From: Eledone cirrhosa
Taxonomy: Eukaryota
Direction of reading: 5' to 3'
NCBI GenBank assembly: GCA_964016885.1
Contig: OZ024742.1
Span: forward strand, 11,780,001-11,844,000
DNA length: 64,000 bases
Below the pieces are notes generated by a model. The model saw only the letters and a program-made list of their open reading frames with translations. It was not told where the DNA came from and did not search any database. Shown one piece after another: positions 1-14,100 of the stretch. Each line of letters opens with the position of its first letter. The first letter of the stretch is position 1. Position numbers and translations under genes: made by a program.

Positions 1-180
1 TATATATGTGTGTGTGTATGTATATATGTGTGTGTGTGTATGTATATATGTGTGTGTATGTATATATGTGTGTGTGTGTATGTATATATATATATATGTG
101 TGTGTGTGTATGTATATATGTGTGTGTATGTATATATGTGTGTGTGTGTATGTATATATATATATATATGTGTGTGTATG

Positions 181-218
<38 letters not shown>
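1..218. repeat. Compound (TA)n/(TG)n microsatellite
   Basis: Alternating TA and TG dinucleotide runs; explains the YI/CV-rich ORFs. Confidence 0.97.
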
Positions 219-219
<1 letters not shown>

Positions 220-307
220 TTATGCATGAGCATAAATATTCGTGGGTCTGAATGGTAATTTTCGGACAACTTGATATTTATCTTGGGAAATAAATATACA
301 GATGTGT

Positions 308-635
308 GTTGAGTGAGAGGGGGGGGGCAGAGGGAGAGAGGGGGGATATGGGGGAGAGGGGGTATATGGGTGGGGAGAGGGGGAGGGGGATATGGAGAGG
401 GGGAAAGAGAGAGAGAGGAGAGGCGAGGGCGAGAGGGGGAGAGGGAGACAGAGAGAAGGGGGAGGCAGAAGGAAGTAGAAGAAATAGATGGAGGAGAGAG
501 AAGGAGAAAGAGAAAAAGAGGAGAGAGAAGGAGTGAGAATGAAGAGAGTGGAGGAGAGGAGTAGAGTTGGTGGACAGAGAAAGAAGAGAGATAAGAAGGA
601 GCGGGGAGAGGTGCGGAGAGGAGGAGAGAGAAGGT
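308..635. repeat. Polypurine (GA-rich) low-complexity tract
   Basis: Almost only G/A on the + strand for ~330 bp. Confidence 0.9.
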
Positions 636-1147
636 GATAACTATAATCATTTTGTGAGTGTAGTATAGTGTATATATTTCAATATAGGTGTCGCTGGTTT
701 ATTAAACGATAATTAGCTGGCAGATAGCGTGTGAGAGATATTCTGACAGGCAACTGACATGAACAGCTAGGGGAGACTTTGGATAAGGGATCAGGTGGTG
801 TTAATGCTGGGAAAGGTAGTAAAATAGCGAGGGACGATATTAGGAAACGTCTAATACGTTCATTGACGTGAGCTTGTCAACACCAGATGTCAGTAAAGAT
901 AGTAGGATATATCTCTAAAGATATAGCAGTTATATATCTGCAACTAACCAACAGAACACGAATCAACAAGGCAGCCTCCGAGTGGGTGCTCCATCTGCTA
1001 GAAATAGCAGCCAAATCTACATCAAATTACGTCGTCTTAAAGAAAATTTTGAATTCATTGCATACAGCATTTTTTATATTTAATATATTTTCTTTTTGTT
1101 TTTAGTTAGCCATTGAAAGAAGGATACGTTAGTGCATCACAAGATAA

Positions 1148-1330
1148 TAATTGTTTCTACTTTTGGCACAAGGCCAGCAATTACCACATTACTGGTACTT
1201 TATTCTATCGACCCCGTAAAGATGAAAGGCAAAGTAACCTCAACGGGATTTAAACTCAGACCGTAAAGAGACGTAACTAGAAAGCTAGAAAGCAAGGCGT
1301 CCGACCCTCTACTGATACTGCCAATTCACC
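1148..1330 (-). mobile_element. SINE family A copy (tRNA-derived head)
   Basis: Reverse complement of the copy at 18912-19097 (shares tgcctttcatc...ggggtcgata...agtaccag and ggccttgtgccaaaagtagaaacaatt). Confidence 0.9.
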
Positions 1331-1799
1331 ATGAATTATTGTGTACAGTGCTTAGGTGCACTACAACACATCAAAGGTGCATGTATATTACATAGAATAA
1401 TGAAGAAATGTGAGGAAAGTGAACATCCACAATTTCAAGCAACATCAACCTCGGCTGTTAGACTTCCAGGTTCCAGTGAGATCAAAGATGGTTTTGATCG
1501 TGGAAAATATTGATTTTTAATTTAAGCAGGAGGCCGGCAATTCTTGAGGAAAGGGTAAAGTTGATTAAATCAGCCCACAACTTGTATTATATTTTATAGA
1601 AACCCTGGAAAGATGGAATATAAAGTTGATCTCAATGAGATTTGAACTGGGATTTAAATTAAAGAACCAGGACAAACATACATGATCTGACCTTCTTCCA
1701 GTTCTGCCAATCCACCAATCTAATCGTGGAACATATTACAACCCTTTGATGAATATTTTCCTTCGTTATTTGACCAAGGCAGGCCCATTCTTTTATCAC

Positions 1800-1965
1800 A
1801 GAGAAAGGGTCTTGCTGCGTATCATTTCCAGCTTCGCAGAAGCAGCCCAGCGCTCTGGACTACAAGTAAGCTTAAAGAAGATGGAGATATTCGACCAGCC
1901 TACACCTCCCGAACAGTACCACCATCCCCATACCACCATTGGCGATACTGAACTGAAAACAGTCC
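1800..1965 (+). pseudogene. RTE-clade LINE reverse transcriptase fragment
   Basis: Peptide LLRIISSFAEAAQRSGLQVSLKKMEIFDQP...PHTTIGDTELKTV matches the region downstream of YADD in RTE/BovB-type RTs (GLxVSLKKTE pattern); interrupted by a SINE. Confidence 0.7.
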
Positions 1966-1968
1966 CTC

Positions 1969-2140
1969 GGTGGAGGGTCGGACGCCATGCTTTGATGCAA
2001 AGAGTTACGGCTCTTTATGGTCTGAGTTCAAATCCCGACGAGGTTAACTTTGCCTTTCATCCTTACGGGGTCGATAAAATAAAGTACCAGTAATGTACTG
2101 GAGTAATTGCTGGCCTTGTGCCAAAAGTAGAAACAATTAT
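1969..2140 (+). mobile_element. SINE family A copy, slightly 5'-truncated
   Basis: gagggtcggacgccatgc...gagttcaaatccc (B box)...gcctttcatccttacggggtcgataaaataaagtaccag...agaaacaatta. Confidence 0.92.
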
Positions 2141-2629
2141 GTAACATATATTCTTGAACATTCTTTGTTGTAACTTGTAACAGCTGATCAGGTGGTCAGG
2201 TGGTCAGGTGGTCATTTATATCCAACGAAGTTGAGTTCATGAATGTTTGGTTGGTTTTGGGAGTATTCTCACAACCTTCAGAATCAGACAGACAACTTCG
2301 AATAAATAACATCAAAAGCTGATTAGGGCTGTCTAATTTGTATGGGGCAGTTCTCAGAAGATGTTTTTGGTATACGGTTTAATCAAGACAGGAAGACGAA
2401 CACCAGTGCCACTATATATATTCATTGGGTCTTAGAAACTCATAGTGCAAATTTCACCTCAAACGAAGGACCTGGTCCAAATGTTTAAAAACGAGCGATC
2501 TACCTAAAAAGCAATTAAGGACTAGGTGTTGGTGTTAAATCCGGGGACGGAATGCATCTACCCGCCTACGAACACAGTAGCCGGAACTAACACTACAAAT
2601 TTAAACCCCTAGCTATTGTTCCTGGTATT

Positions 2630-2925
2630 ACTTTTCAACTGAGTATACTGGAGCAATGTGAAATGAAATGTTTTACCCAGAAACAACACACAATCTAGTC
2701 CAGGAATCGAACCCACGATATCATGAGGACTGGTTTGTGTGTTGTATTCTTGAGTAAAACACTTCATTTCATGTTGCTCCAGTGGTGAGTCTAACACCCT
2801 TACCACTGGGGCAACATGAAATGAAGTGTTTTACTCAAGAATACAACACACAAACCAGTCCAGGAATCGAACACGTGACATGATCGTGAGTCTAACACTC
2901 TTACCACTAGGCCACGCGCTTTCAC
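2630..2925 (-). mobile_element. SINE family B copy with internal duplication and inversion
   Basis: Reverse complement of a tRNA-like head (gtggcctagtggtaagagtg...gttcgattcctggac) plus ttgagtaaaacacttcatttcatgttg core; 2727-2786 is an inverted copy of 2802-2861. Confidence 0.8.
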
Positions 2926-3332
2926 CATGCATATATCACTAAACTAAAACACAATGCAAAGTTTAAAACAAAATAGCGCCGTTTAAAGTGTCTGTAATGC
3001 TGAAACATTTTATGAGATTTTATTAATGAATTCTCTGTTAAGATATCAAATCAGTCGACATAGTAATTAAACATTTCCGGGTTGAACCTAAGTGGGTTAT
3101 ACTTTGTTTCCTTTCAAGTTAGACCTTAATTAGGTGGCAGCCAGTATTTGTCACCTTATAATTCCTTCATCTCCGCTTACATCAACTGCCATGCGTTACA
3201 CTACAAAAACCTTAGCTTTTACAGTTTTTCCTGAATTGTTTAGATTCTTCATAATATGACTTAAATGAATGACTCTATTGTGGCCGTACATAGAACAATA
3301 TATGCACACTCACAACTACACAGCCACACAAG

Positions 3333-3840
<508 letters not shown>

Positions 3841-4445
3841 GGTGTATACGTGACTTATTCATTAGAATTAACCACATTACCATATTCTTTTGTTAACAGT
3901 ATAAAAGCCTGGTTGTTTCGTGACGTACACTTGTAGAATATAACTCTAATATATTAGCTATTCTCTTTATGAATTGTTTTGTTGTATCAATGGCACATCG
4001 ACTTCTTATGACCTGTAGTGACATAAGTGAAACATATTAAACTGTACCCAGGGAACACGTTACATTAGTACACGAATCTAAAGGGGTGTATAAAAACAGA
4101 CCAACATTGTAACCACATCTTACAAGAGGGGGCTGTGATCGCTATTATATGTTTAAAGAAAACAAATTTACAAATTTTGTTAAATCATTCTTCAAAATAA
4201 CATTGTTAAATTGATTTCTACCCACGCGAACTTCAACAAAATGAAAAAAAAAATATATTCCCGGCTAAATCTTTTCTGCAAGAATACTTAACGATATTTT
4301 CCTCTTGAGTATAAACTGGTGACATTCTATCGCAACGATGGCATTGTACCAAATTGTTACTTCCAGATATCTTCTATAACTTCTAAACTAAAATAGGTTT
4401 GTGCGCCATGTATTTCTCATATGACAGAATTTACTTATGGATACA

Positions 4446-4770
4446 GTATGGCTGAATTGTTAAACACTTCCCTTTGCAATCCCAGTCCTACTGTGTGGTG
4501 GTATCTTGGGGAAATGTTGTTTTACCATAATCTTGGTTAGATTCAAGCCATGTGAGGGAGGTTACTGACACGGAAACCGTGTGAAATCTATCGGATGAAT
4601 TGTACCCTTAACATAAAACCTGTTTCATGTCACAGAATTTCTCTTAGTGGATTACTTTCAGGGTACACGTGTCTGTTAACTATTCAACCACTGATACGTT
4701 AATACAATGAGAAGCTGGTTCAATTGATCACACAACTGAATACTCATCGTTGAACCTGACAGAGATAAGT
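4446..4770 (+). mobile_element. Degenerate SINE-like repeat (third family)
   Basis: A-box-like tggctgaattgtt, a remnant cccagtcc and a cttggggaaatg CORE-like segment; heavily decayed. Confidence 0.45.
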
Positions 4771-5235
4771 TGTAGCGTATTTACCAGGGTTTTCTTAAAG
4801 GGAATGTAATTGATATTATCAGCCCACCTCTGCTCCTGGTGTCATCGATAACGAACAATAAATGGTAAATAAATGTACCTCTGTCCAGTTTCATTGCCCA
4901 CTCCAAACAAAAAGAAAGGATGAAAGAAAGAATAAAAGAACTCTTAGAATTCTGAAGCAGTCAATCTTGATAGTGTGAAGTTTACGGTTTCATCTACATT
5001 AACAGACAGTATCAGAAGACCCTTAGATATAAAACCATTATTCACGTACGTAGTTGGTGTATAAGTGTCAGCTTCTGTACTTGATCGTGTCATTTGTTGT
5101 TGTTCTCTTTGTTGTGGTTGCTGCTGTTGTTGTTGTTTAATCCTTAGTTATTTCTGATTCTTACCACTTACACTGGTTGGATAAAATATATGAGAGGGGG
5201 AATAATACAGTAAAGACAGATTTAACAAGATCCCA

Positions 5236-5444
5236 GACCTCAGTCGTTTACCCAATGAGGTGAACCTCGTCATATCGGACCAAGGAAGGAATGTTTCCAT
5301 TGGTCTTTCCATTATTGATACTGTCTACTGGTCTTTCTGGCAGAACTTGCCGTAGATAGTATCAGCAATTGAAACACCAATGGAAGCATCGTTTCCTTGG
5401 TCCGATATGACGAGGTTCACCTCACTGGGTAAACGAAGGAGGTC
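5236..5444. mobile_element. ~210 bp fold-back (hairpin) element, MITE-like
   Basis: gacctc..tcgtttaccca.tgaggtgaacctcgtcatatcggaccaaggaa pairs with ttccttggtccgatatgacgaggttcacctca.tgggtaaacga..gaggtc; pairing continues to a ~23 nt loop; a diverged half copy lies at ~40345-40460. Confidence 0.75.
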
Positions 5445-5453
5445 CATCGTCTT

Positions 5454-5713
<260 letters not shown>

Positions 5714-5951
5714 ATGTGCATGGTTACACATATATGTACTCGTATCTACACATACACACACAAGCACTTCTGTCTGCACACTCGCGCACACATACTTATG
5801 TTACACACACAGACATATGTCTGCACATGCGCACACACTCACATGTATCTGCACACACACACACTTGTGACTACAGACACACACACAATCATGTAGGTGT
5901 ATGTTATGTTAATGTGAAACACAATCAATATTTACGAGAAATACTCTGTGA

Positions 5952-6148
5952 GGGCACATGGCTTAGTGGTTAGAGCACTGGGCTTGCAATTGAGAGGTTG
6001 TGAGTTCGATTCCCGGACCGGGTGATGTGTTGTGTCCTTGAGCAAGTCACTTTATTTCACGTTGCTCCAGTTTACTCAGCTGTAGAAATGAGTTACGATG
6101 TCACTCGTGCCCAGCTGTATCAGCCATTGCCTTTTCCTTGGACACATC
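5952..6148 (+). mobile_element. SINE family B copy (tRNA-derived, CORE-like)
   Basis: A box tggcttagtgg, B box gagttcgattcc, then gtccttgagcaag.cactttatttcacgttgctccag. Confidence 0.88.
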
Positions 6149-6149
6149 C

Positions 6150-8036
6150 TATATAGTGTATATATATATATATATATATACTGTACATACTGTATATATA
6201 TAATGTATATACTCTATATATAATGTACATAGTGTATATGTTATGTACACATCCTCTATAGTGTATATATATATATATACTGTACATATTGTATGTATAA
6301 AATGTACATAGTGTATATATAATGTACGGAGTGTATATATAATGTAACATCCTATATAGTGTATATATATATATACTGTACATGCTGTATATATACTGTA
6401 CATGCTGTATATATATACTGTACATACTGTATATATAATATACATGATGTATATATAATGTACATAGTGTAAATATAATGTACATGCTGTATATATATTG
6501 AACATGCTATATATATACTGTATATGCTGTATATATACTATACATACTGTATATATAATGTATATGGTGTATATATATATACTGTACATGATGTATATAT
6601 ACTGTACATACTGTATATATACTGTACTTACTATATATATATACTGTACATGCTGTATATATACTGTATATGTTGTATATATACTGTACATGCTGTATAT
6701 ATAATCTACATACTATATATATACTATACATGCAGTATATATACTGTACATGCTGTATATATATATACTGTACATGCTGTATATATACTGTACATGCTGT
6801 ATATATACTTTACATGCTGTATATATACTGTAAATGCTGTATATATACCTTACATACTGTATATATACTGTACATGCTGTATATATAATCTACATACTAT
6901 ATATATACTATACATGCAGTATATATAATGTACATGGTGTATATATAATGTACATGGTGTATATATACTGTACATGTTGTATATATACTGTACATGCTGT
7001 ATATATACTGTACATGCTGTATATATTATGTACATTGTGTATATATTATGTACATTGTGTATATATACTGTACAGGCTGTATATATACTGTACATAGTGT
7101 ATATATTATGTACATGCTGTATATATACTGTACATGCTGTATATATACTGTACATACTGTATATATACTGTATATGCTGTATATATGCTGTATATATACT
7201 GTACATGCTGTATATATACTTTACATGCTGTATATATACTGTACATACTGTATATATACAGTATATGCTGTATATATGCTGTATATATACTGTACATACT
7301 GTATATATACTGTACATGCTGTATATATACTGTACATGCTGTATATATACTGTACATGCTGTATATATACTGTACATACTGTATATATACTGTATATGCT
7401 GTATATATGCTGTATATATAATGTACATACTGTATATATACTGTATATGCTGTATATATGCTGTATATATACTGTACATGCTGTATATATACTGTATATG
7501 CTGTATATATACTGTACATACTGTATATATACTGTATATGCTGTATATATGCTGTATATATACTGTACATACTGTATATATACTGTATATGCTGTATATA
7601 TGCTGTATATATACTGTACATACTGTATATATACTGTACATGCTGTATATATACTGTACATGCTGTATATATACTGTACATGCTGTATATATACTGTACA
7701 TACTGTATATATACTGTATATGCTGTATATATGCTGTATATATACTGTACATACTGTATATATACTGTATATGCTGTATATATGCTGTATATATACTGTA
7801 CATGCTGTATATATACTGTAAATGCTGTATATATACTGTACATACTGTATATATACTGTACATGCTGTATATATACTGTACATACTGTATATATACTGTA
7901 CATGCTGTATATATACAGTACATGCTGTATATATACTGTAAATGCTGTATATATACTGTACATGCTGTATATATACTGTACATGCTGTATATATACTGTA
8001 CATGCTGTATATATACTGTACATGCTGTATATATAT
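6150..8036. repeat. TA-rich minisatellite, ~20-bp unit CTGTATATATACTGTACATG
   Basis: Tandem units with 12-bp variants; more degenerate at the left end. Confidence 0.95.
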
Positions 8037-8149
8037 AATTGTTTCTACTTCAGGCACAAGGCCAGCAATTAACCCAGTGTATTACTGGTACTTTATATTA
8101 TCGACCCCGTAAGGAGGAAAGGCAAAGTTAAACTCGGCGGGATTTTAAC
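8037..8149 (-). mobile_element. SINE family A, 3' half
   Basis: aattgtttctactt...ggccagcaatt...tcgaccccgtaagga.gaaaggcaaag; stops at the B box where the next satellite begins. Confidence 0.88.
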
Positions 8150-11100
8150 TTGTCACAGTGGCGGTGGTGGTGGTACATTTGTCACAGTGGTGGTGGTACT
8201 CTTGTCAGAGTGGTGGTGATGGTACACTTGTCACAGTGGCGGTGGTGGTGGTACATTTGTCACAGTGGTGGTGGTACTCTTGTCAGAGTGGTGGTGGTGG
8301 TACACGTGTCACAGTGGCGGTGGTGGTACACTTGTCACAGTGGTGGTGGTGGTACATTTGTCACAGTGGTGGTGGTACTCTTGTCAGAGTGGTGGTGATG
8401 GTACATTTGTCACACTGGTGGTGGTGGTACACTTGTCACACTGGTGGTGGTGGTACACTTGTCACACTGGTGGTGGTGGTGGTACACTTGTCACACTGGT
8501 GGTGGTGGTACACTTGTCACACTGGTGGTGGTGGTACACTTGTCACACTGGTGGTGGTGGTACACTTGTCACACTGGTGGTGGTGGTGGTACACTTGTCA
8601 CAGTGGCGGTGGTGGTGGTACACTTGTCACAGTGGCGGTGGTGGTGGTACACTTGTCACAGTGGCGGTGGTGGTGGTACACTTGTCACATTGGTGGTGGT
8701 GGTGGTGTTACACTTGTCACAGTGGTTGTGGTGGTGGTACACTTGTCACAGTGGTGGTGGTGGTACACTTGTCACAGTGATGGTGATGGTGGTACATTTG
8801 TCACAGTGGTGGTGGTGGTGGTGGTACACTTGTCACAGTTGCGGTGGTGGTACACTTGTCACACTGGTGGTGGTGGTACACTTGTCACAGTTGCGGTGGT
8901 GGTACACTTGTCACACTGGTGGTGGTGGTACACTTGTCACAGTGGCGGTGGTGGTGGTACACTTGTCACATTGGTGGTGGTGGTGGTGTTACACTTGTCA
9001 CAGTGGTTGTGGTGGTGGTACACTTGTCACAGTGGTTGTGGTGGTGGTACACTTGTCACAGTGGTGGTGGTGGTGGTACACTTGTCACAGTGATGGTGAT
9101 GGTGGTATATTTGTCACAGTGGTGGTGGTGGTGGTGGTACACTTGTCACAGTTGCGGTGGTGGTGGTACACTTGTCACATAGGTGGTGGTGTGGCGGTGG
9201 TACACTTGTCACAGTCGTGGTGGTGATGGTACACTTGTCACTGTAGTGGTGGTGGTGGCGGTACACTTGTCACATAGGTGGTGGTGTGGCGGTGGTACAC
9301 TTGTCACAGTCGTGGTGGTGATGGTACACTTGTCACACTGGTGGTGGTGGTACACTTGTCACAGTGGCGGTGGTGGTACACTTGTCACAGTGATGGTGGT
9401 GGTGGTACACTTGTCACAGTGGTGGTGGTGGTACACTTGTCACAGTTGCGGTGGTGGTGGTACACTTGTCACATAGGTGGTGGTGTGGCGGTGGTACACT
9501 TGTCACTGTAGTGGTGGTGGTGGCGGTACACTTGTCACAGTGGTGGTGGTGGTACACTTGTCACACTGGTGGTGGTGTTACACTTGTCACAGTGGCGGTG
9601 TTGGTGGTACACTTGTCACAGTGGTGGTGGTGTGGCGGTGGTACACATGTCACATTGGTGGTGGTGTTACACTTGTCACAGTGGTGGTGGTGGTGGTGGT
9701 ACACTTGTCACAGTGATGGTGGTGGTGGTACACTTGTCACAGTGGTGGTGGTGGTGGTACACTTGTCACAGTGGTGGTGGTGTTACACTTGTCAAAGTGG
9801 TGACGGTGGTACACTTGTCACAGTGGTGCTGGTGGTACACTTGTCACAGTGGTGGTGGTGGTGGTGCTGGTACACTTGTCACAGTGGTGGTGGTACACTT
9901 GTCACAGTGGTGGTGGTGGTGGTTGTGGTGGTACACTTGTCACAGTGGTGGTGGTGGTACACTTGTCCCAATGGTGGTGGTGGTACACTTGTCACAGTGG
10001 TGGTGGTGGTACACTTGTCACAGTTGAGGTGGTGGTGGTACACTTGTCACAGTCGTTGTGGTGATGGTACACTTGTCACTGTAGTGGTGGTGGTGGTACA
10101 GTTGTCACTGTAGTGGTGGTGGTGGTACACTTGTCACAGTGGTGGTTGTGGTGGTGCATTGTCACAGTGGTGGTGGTGGTGGTACACTTGTCACAGTGGT
10201 GGTGGTACACTTGTCACAGTCGTGGTGGTGGTGGTACACATGTCACAGTGGGGGTGGTGGTATACTTGTCACAGTGGTACTGGTGGTGGTAAACTTTTCA
10301 CAGTGGCGGTGGTGGTACACTTTTCACAGAGGCGGTGGTGGTACACATGTCACAGTGGTGGTGGTGGTACACTTGTCACAGTGCCGGTGGTACACTTGTC
10401 ACTGAAGTGGTGGTGGTGGTACACCTGTCACAGTGGTGGTGGTGAGGTGGTACACTTGTCACAGTGGTGGTGGTGTTACACTTGTCACAGTGGTGGTGGT
10501 GGTACACTTGTCACAGTGGTGGTGGTGGTTGTTCACTTGTCACAGTGGTGGTGGTGGTGGTACACTTGTCACAGTGGTGATGGTGGTGGTGGTACACTTG
10601 TCACAGTGCTGGTGGTGGTACACTTGTCACAGTGGTGGTGGTGGTGTTACACTTGTCACAGAGGGGTGGTGGTGGTACACTTGTCACAGTGGTGGTGGTG
10701 GTAGACTTGTCACAGTGGTGGTTGTGTTGGTACATTGTCACAGTGGTGGTGGTGGTGGTACACTTGTCACAGTGGTGGTGGTGGTACACTTGTCACAGTG
10801 GTGATGGTGGTGGTGGTACACTTGTCACAGTGTTGGTGGTGGTACACTTGTCACAGTGGTAGTGGTGGTGGTACACCTGTCACAGAGGGATGGTGGTGGT
10901 ACACTTGTCACAGTGGTGGTGGTGGTACACTTGTCACAGTGGTGGTTGTGTTGGTACATTGTCACAGTGGTGGTGGTGGTGGTGGTGGTACACTTGTCAC
11001 AGTCGTGGTGGTGGTGGTACACTTGTCACAGAGGGGTGGTGGTGGTACACTTGTCACAGTGGTGGTGGTGGTACACTTGTCACATTGGTGGTTGTGTTGG

Positions 11101-14100
11101 TACATTGTCACAGTGGTGGTGGTGGTGGTGGTACACTTGTCACAGTCGTGGTGGTGGTGGTACACTTGTCACAGTGGGGTGCTGGTATACTTGTCACAGT
11201 GTTAGTGGTGGTGGTACACTTTTCACAGTGGCGGTGGTGGTACACTTTTCACAGAGGCGGTGGTGGTACACTTGTCACAGTGGTGGTGGTGGTACACTTG
11301 TCACAGTGGTGGTTGTGTTGGTACATTGTCACAGTGGTGGTGGTGGTGGTACACTTGTCACAGTCGTGGTGGTGGTGGTACACTTGTCACAGTGGGGGTG
11401 GTGCTATACTTGTCACAGTGTTAGTGGTGGTGGTACACTTTTCTCAGTGGTGGTGGTGGTACACTTGTCACGGTGCCGGTGTTACACTTGTCACTGAAGT
11501 GGTGGTGGTGGTACACCTGTCACAGTGGTGGTGGTGGCGGTGGTACACTTGTCACTGAAGTGGTGGTGGTGGTACACTTGTCACAGTGCCGGTGGTACAC
11601 TTGTCACTGAAGTGGTGGTGGTGGTACACCTGTCACAGTGGTGGTGGTGGCGGTGGTACACTTGTCACAGTGGTGGTGGTGGTACACTTGTCACAGTGCT
11701 GGTGGTGGTACACTTGTCACAATGGTGGTGGTGCTGGTACACTTGTCACAGAGGGGTGGTGGGGGTACACTTGTCACAGCGGGGGTGGTGGTACACTTGT
11801 CACAGTGGTGGTTGTGGTGGTACACTTGTCTCAGTGGTGGTGGTGGTGGTACACTTGTCACTGAAGTGGTGGTGGTGGTACACTTGTCACAGTGCCGGTG
11901 GTACACTTGTCACTGAAGTGGTGGTGGTACACCTGTCACAGTTGCGGTGGCGGTGGTACACTTGTCACAGTGGTGGTGGTGGTACACTTGTCACAGTTGT
12001 GGTGGTGGTGGTGGTACACTTGTCACAGCGGTGGTGGTGGTACACTTGTCACAGTGGTGGTGGTGGTGGTGGTACACTTGTCACAGTCGTGGTGGTGGTA
12101 CACTTGTCACAGTGGCGGTGGTGGTGGTACACTTGTCATAGTGGTGGTGGTGTTACACTTGTCACAGTGGTGGTGGTGGTACACTTGTCACAGTGGTGGT
12201 GGTGGTCGAGGTGGTACACTTGTCACAGTGGTGGTGGTGGTACACTTGTCACAGTGGTGGTGGTGGTGCTACACTTGTCACAGTGGTGGTGGTGGTGGTG
12301 GTACACTTGTCACAGTTGCGGTGGCGGTGGTACACTTGTCACAGTCGTGGTGGTGATGGTACACTTGTCACTGTAGTGGTGGTGGTGGCGGTACACTTGT
12401 CACAGTGGTGGTGGTGGTACACTTGTCACACTGGTGGTGGTGGTACACTTGTCACAGTGGCGGTGGTGGTGGTACACTTGTCACTGTGCTGGTGGTGGTA
12501 CACTTGTCACAATGGTGGTGGTGCTGGTACACTTGTCACAGAGGGGTGGTGGTGGTACACTTGTCGCAGTGGGGGTGGTGGTACACTTGTCACAGTGGTG
12601 GTTGTGGTGGTACATCGTCACAGTGGTACTGGTGGTGGTAAACTTTTCACAGTGGCGGTGGTGGTACACTTTTCACAGAGGCGGTGGTGGTACACTTGTC
12701 ACAGTGGTGGTGGTGGTGCACTTGTCACAGTGCCGGTGGTGCACTTGTCACTGAAGTGGTGGTGGTGGTACACCTGTCACAGTGGGGGTGGTGGCGGTGG
12801 TACACTTGTCACAGTGGTGGTGGTGCTACACTTGTTACAGTGGTGGTGGTGGTACACTTGTCACAGTGGTGGTGGTGGTTGTTCACTTGTCACAGTGGTG
12901 GTGGTGGTACACTTGTCACAGTGGTGGTGGTGGTGGTACACTTGTTACAGTGGTGATGGTGGTGGTGGTACACTTGTCACAGTGCTGGTGGTGGTACACT
13001 TGTCACAGTGGTGGTGGTGGTGGTACACTTGTCACAGAGGGGTGGTGGTGGTACACTTGTCACAGTGGTGGTGGTGCTACACTTGTTACGGTGGTGGTGG
13101 TGGTACACTTGTCACAGTGGTGGTGGTGGTTGTTCACTTGTCACAGTGGTGGTGGTGGTACACTTGTCACAGTGGTGGTGGTGGTGGTACACTTGTTACA
13201 GTGGTTATGGTGGTGGTGGTACACTTGTCACAGTGCTGGTGGTGGTACACTTGTCACAGTGGTGGTGGTGGTGGTACACTTGTCACAGAGGGGTGGTGGT
13301 GGTACACTTGTCACAGTGGTGGTGGTGGTACACTTGTCACAGTGGTGGTTGTGGTGGTACATTGTCACAGTGGTGGTGGTGGTGGTGGTACACTTGTCAC
13401 AGTGCTGGTGGTGGTACACTTGTCACAGTGGTGGTGGTACACTTGTCACAGAGGGGTGGTGGTGGTACACTTGTCACAGTGGTGGTGGTGATACACTTGT
13501 CACAGTGGTGGTGGTGGTGGTACACTTGTCACAGTCGTGGTGGTGGTGGTACCCTTGTCACAGTGGGGGTGGTGGTATACTTGTCACAGTGTTAGTGGTG
13601 GTGGTACACTTTTCACAGTGGCGGTGGTGGTACACTTTTCACAGAGGCGGTGGTGGTACACTTGTCACAGTGTTGGTGGTGGTACACTTGTCACAGTGCC
13701 GGTGGTACACTTGTCACTGAAGTGGTGGTGGTGGTACACCTGTCACAGTGGTGGTGGTGGCGGTGGTACACTTGTCACAGTGGTGGTGGTGGTACACTTG
13801 TCACAGTTGTGGTGGTGGTGGTGGTGGTACACTTGTCACAGCGGTGGTGGTGGTACACTTGTCACAGTGGTGGTGGTGGTGGTGGTGGTGGTGGTGGTGG
13901 TTGTACACTTGTCACAGTGGTGGTGGTGCTACACTTGTCACAGTGGCGGTGGTGGTGTTACACTTGTCACAGTGCTGGTGGTGTGGCGGTGGTACACTTG
14001 TCACAGTGGTGGTGGTGGTACACTTGTCACAGTGGTGGTGGTGGTGGTACACTTGTTACAGTGGTGGTGGTGGTACACTTGTCACAGTGGTGGTGGTGGT

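Noticed and set aside
5952-6020. tRNA-Ala-like gene (TGC loop), also 57870-57940
   Set aside because: No acceptor stem closure; continues into a SINE body.
6120-8072. Long Y/I/C-rich ORFs on both strands (also all YI/CV ORFs elsewhere)
   Set aside because: Products of TA-rich mini- and microsatellites.
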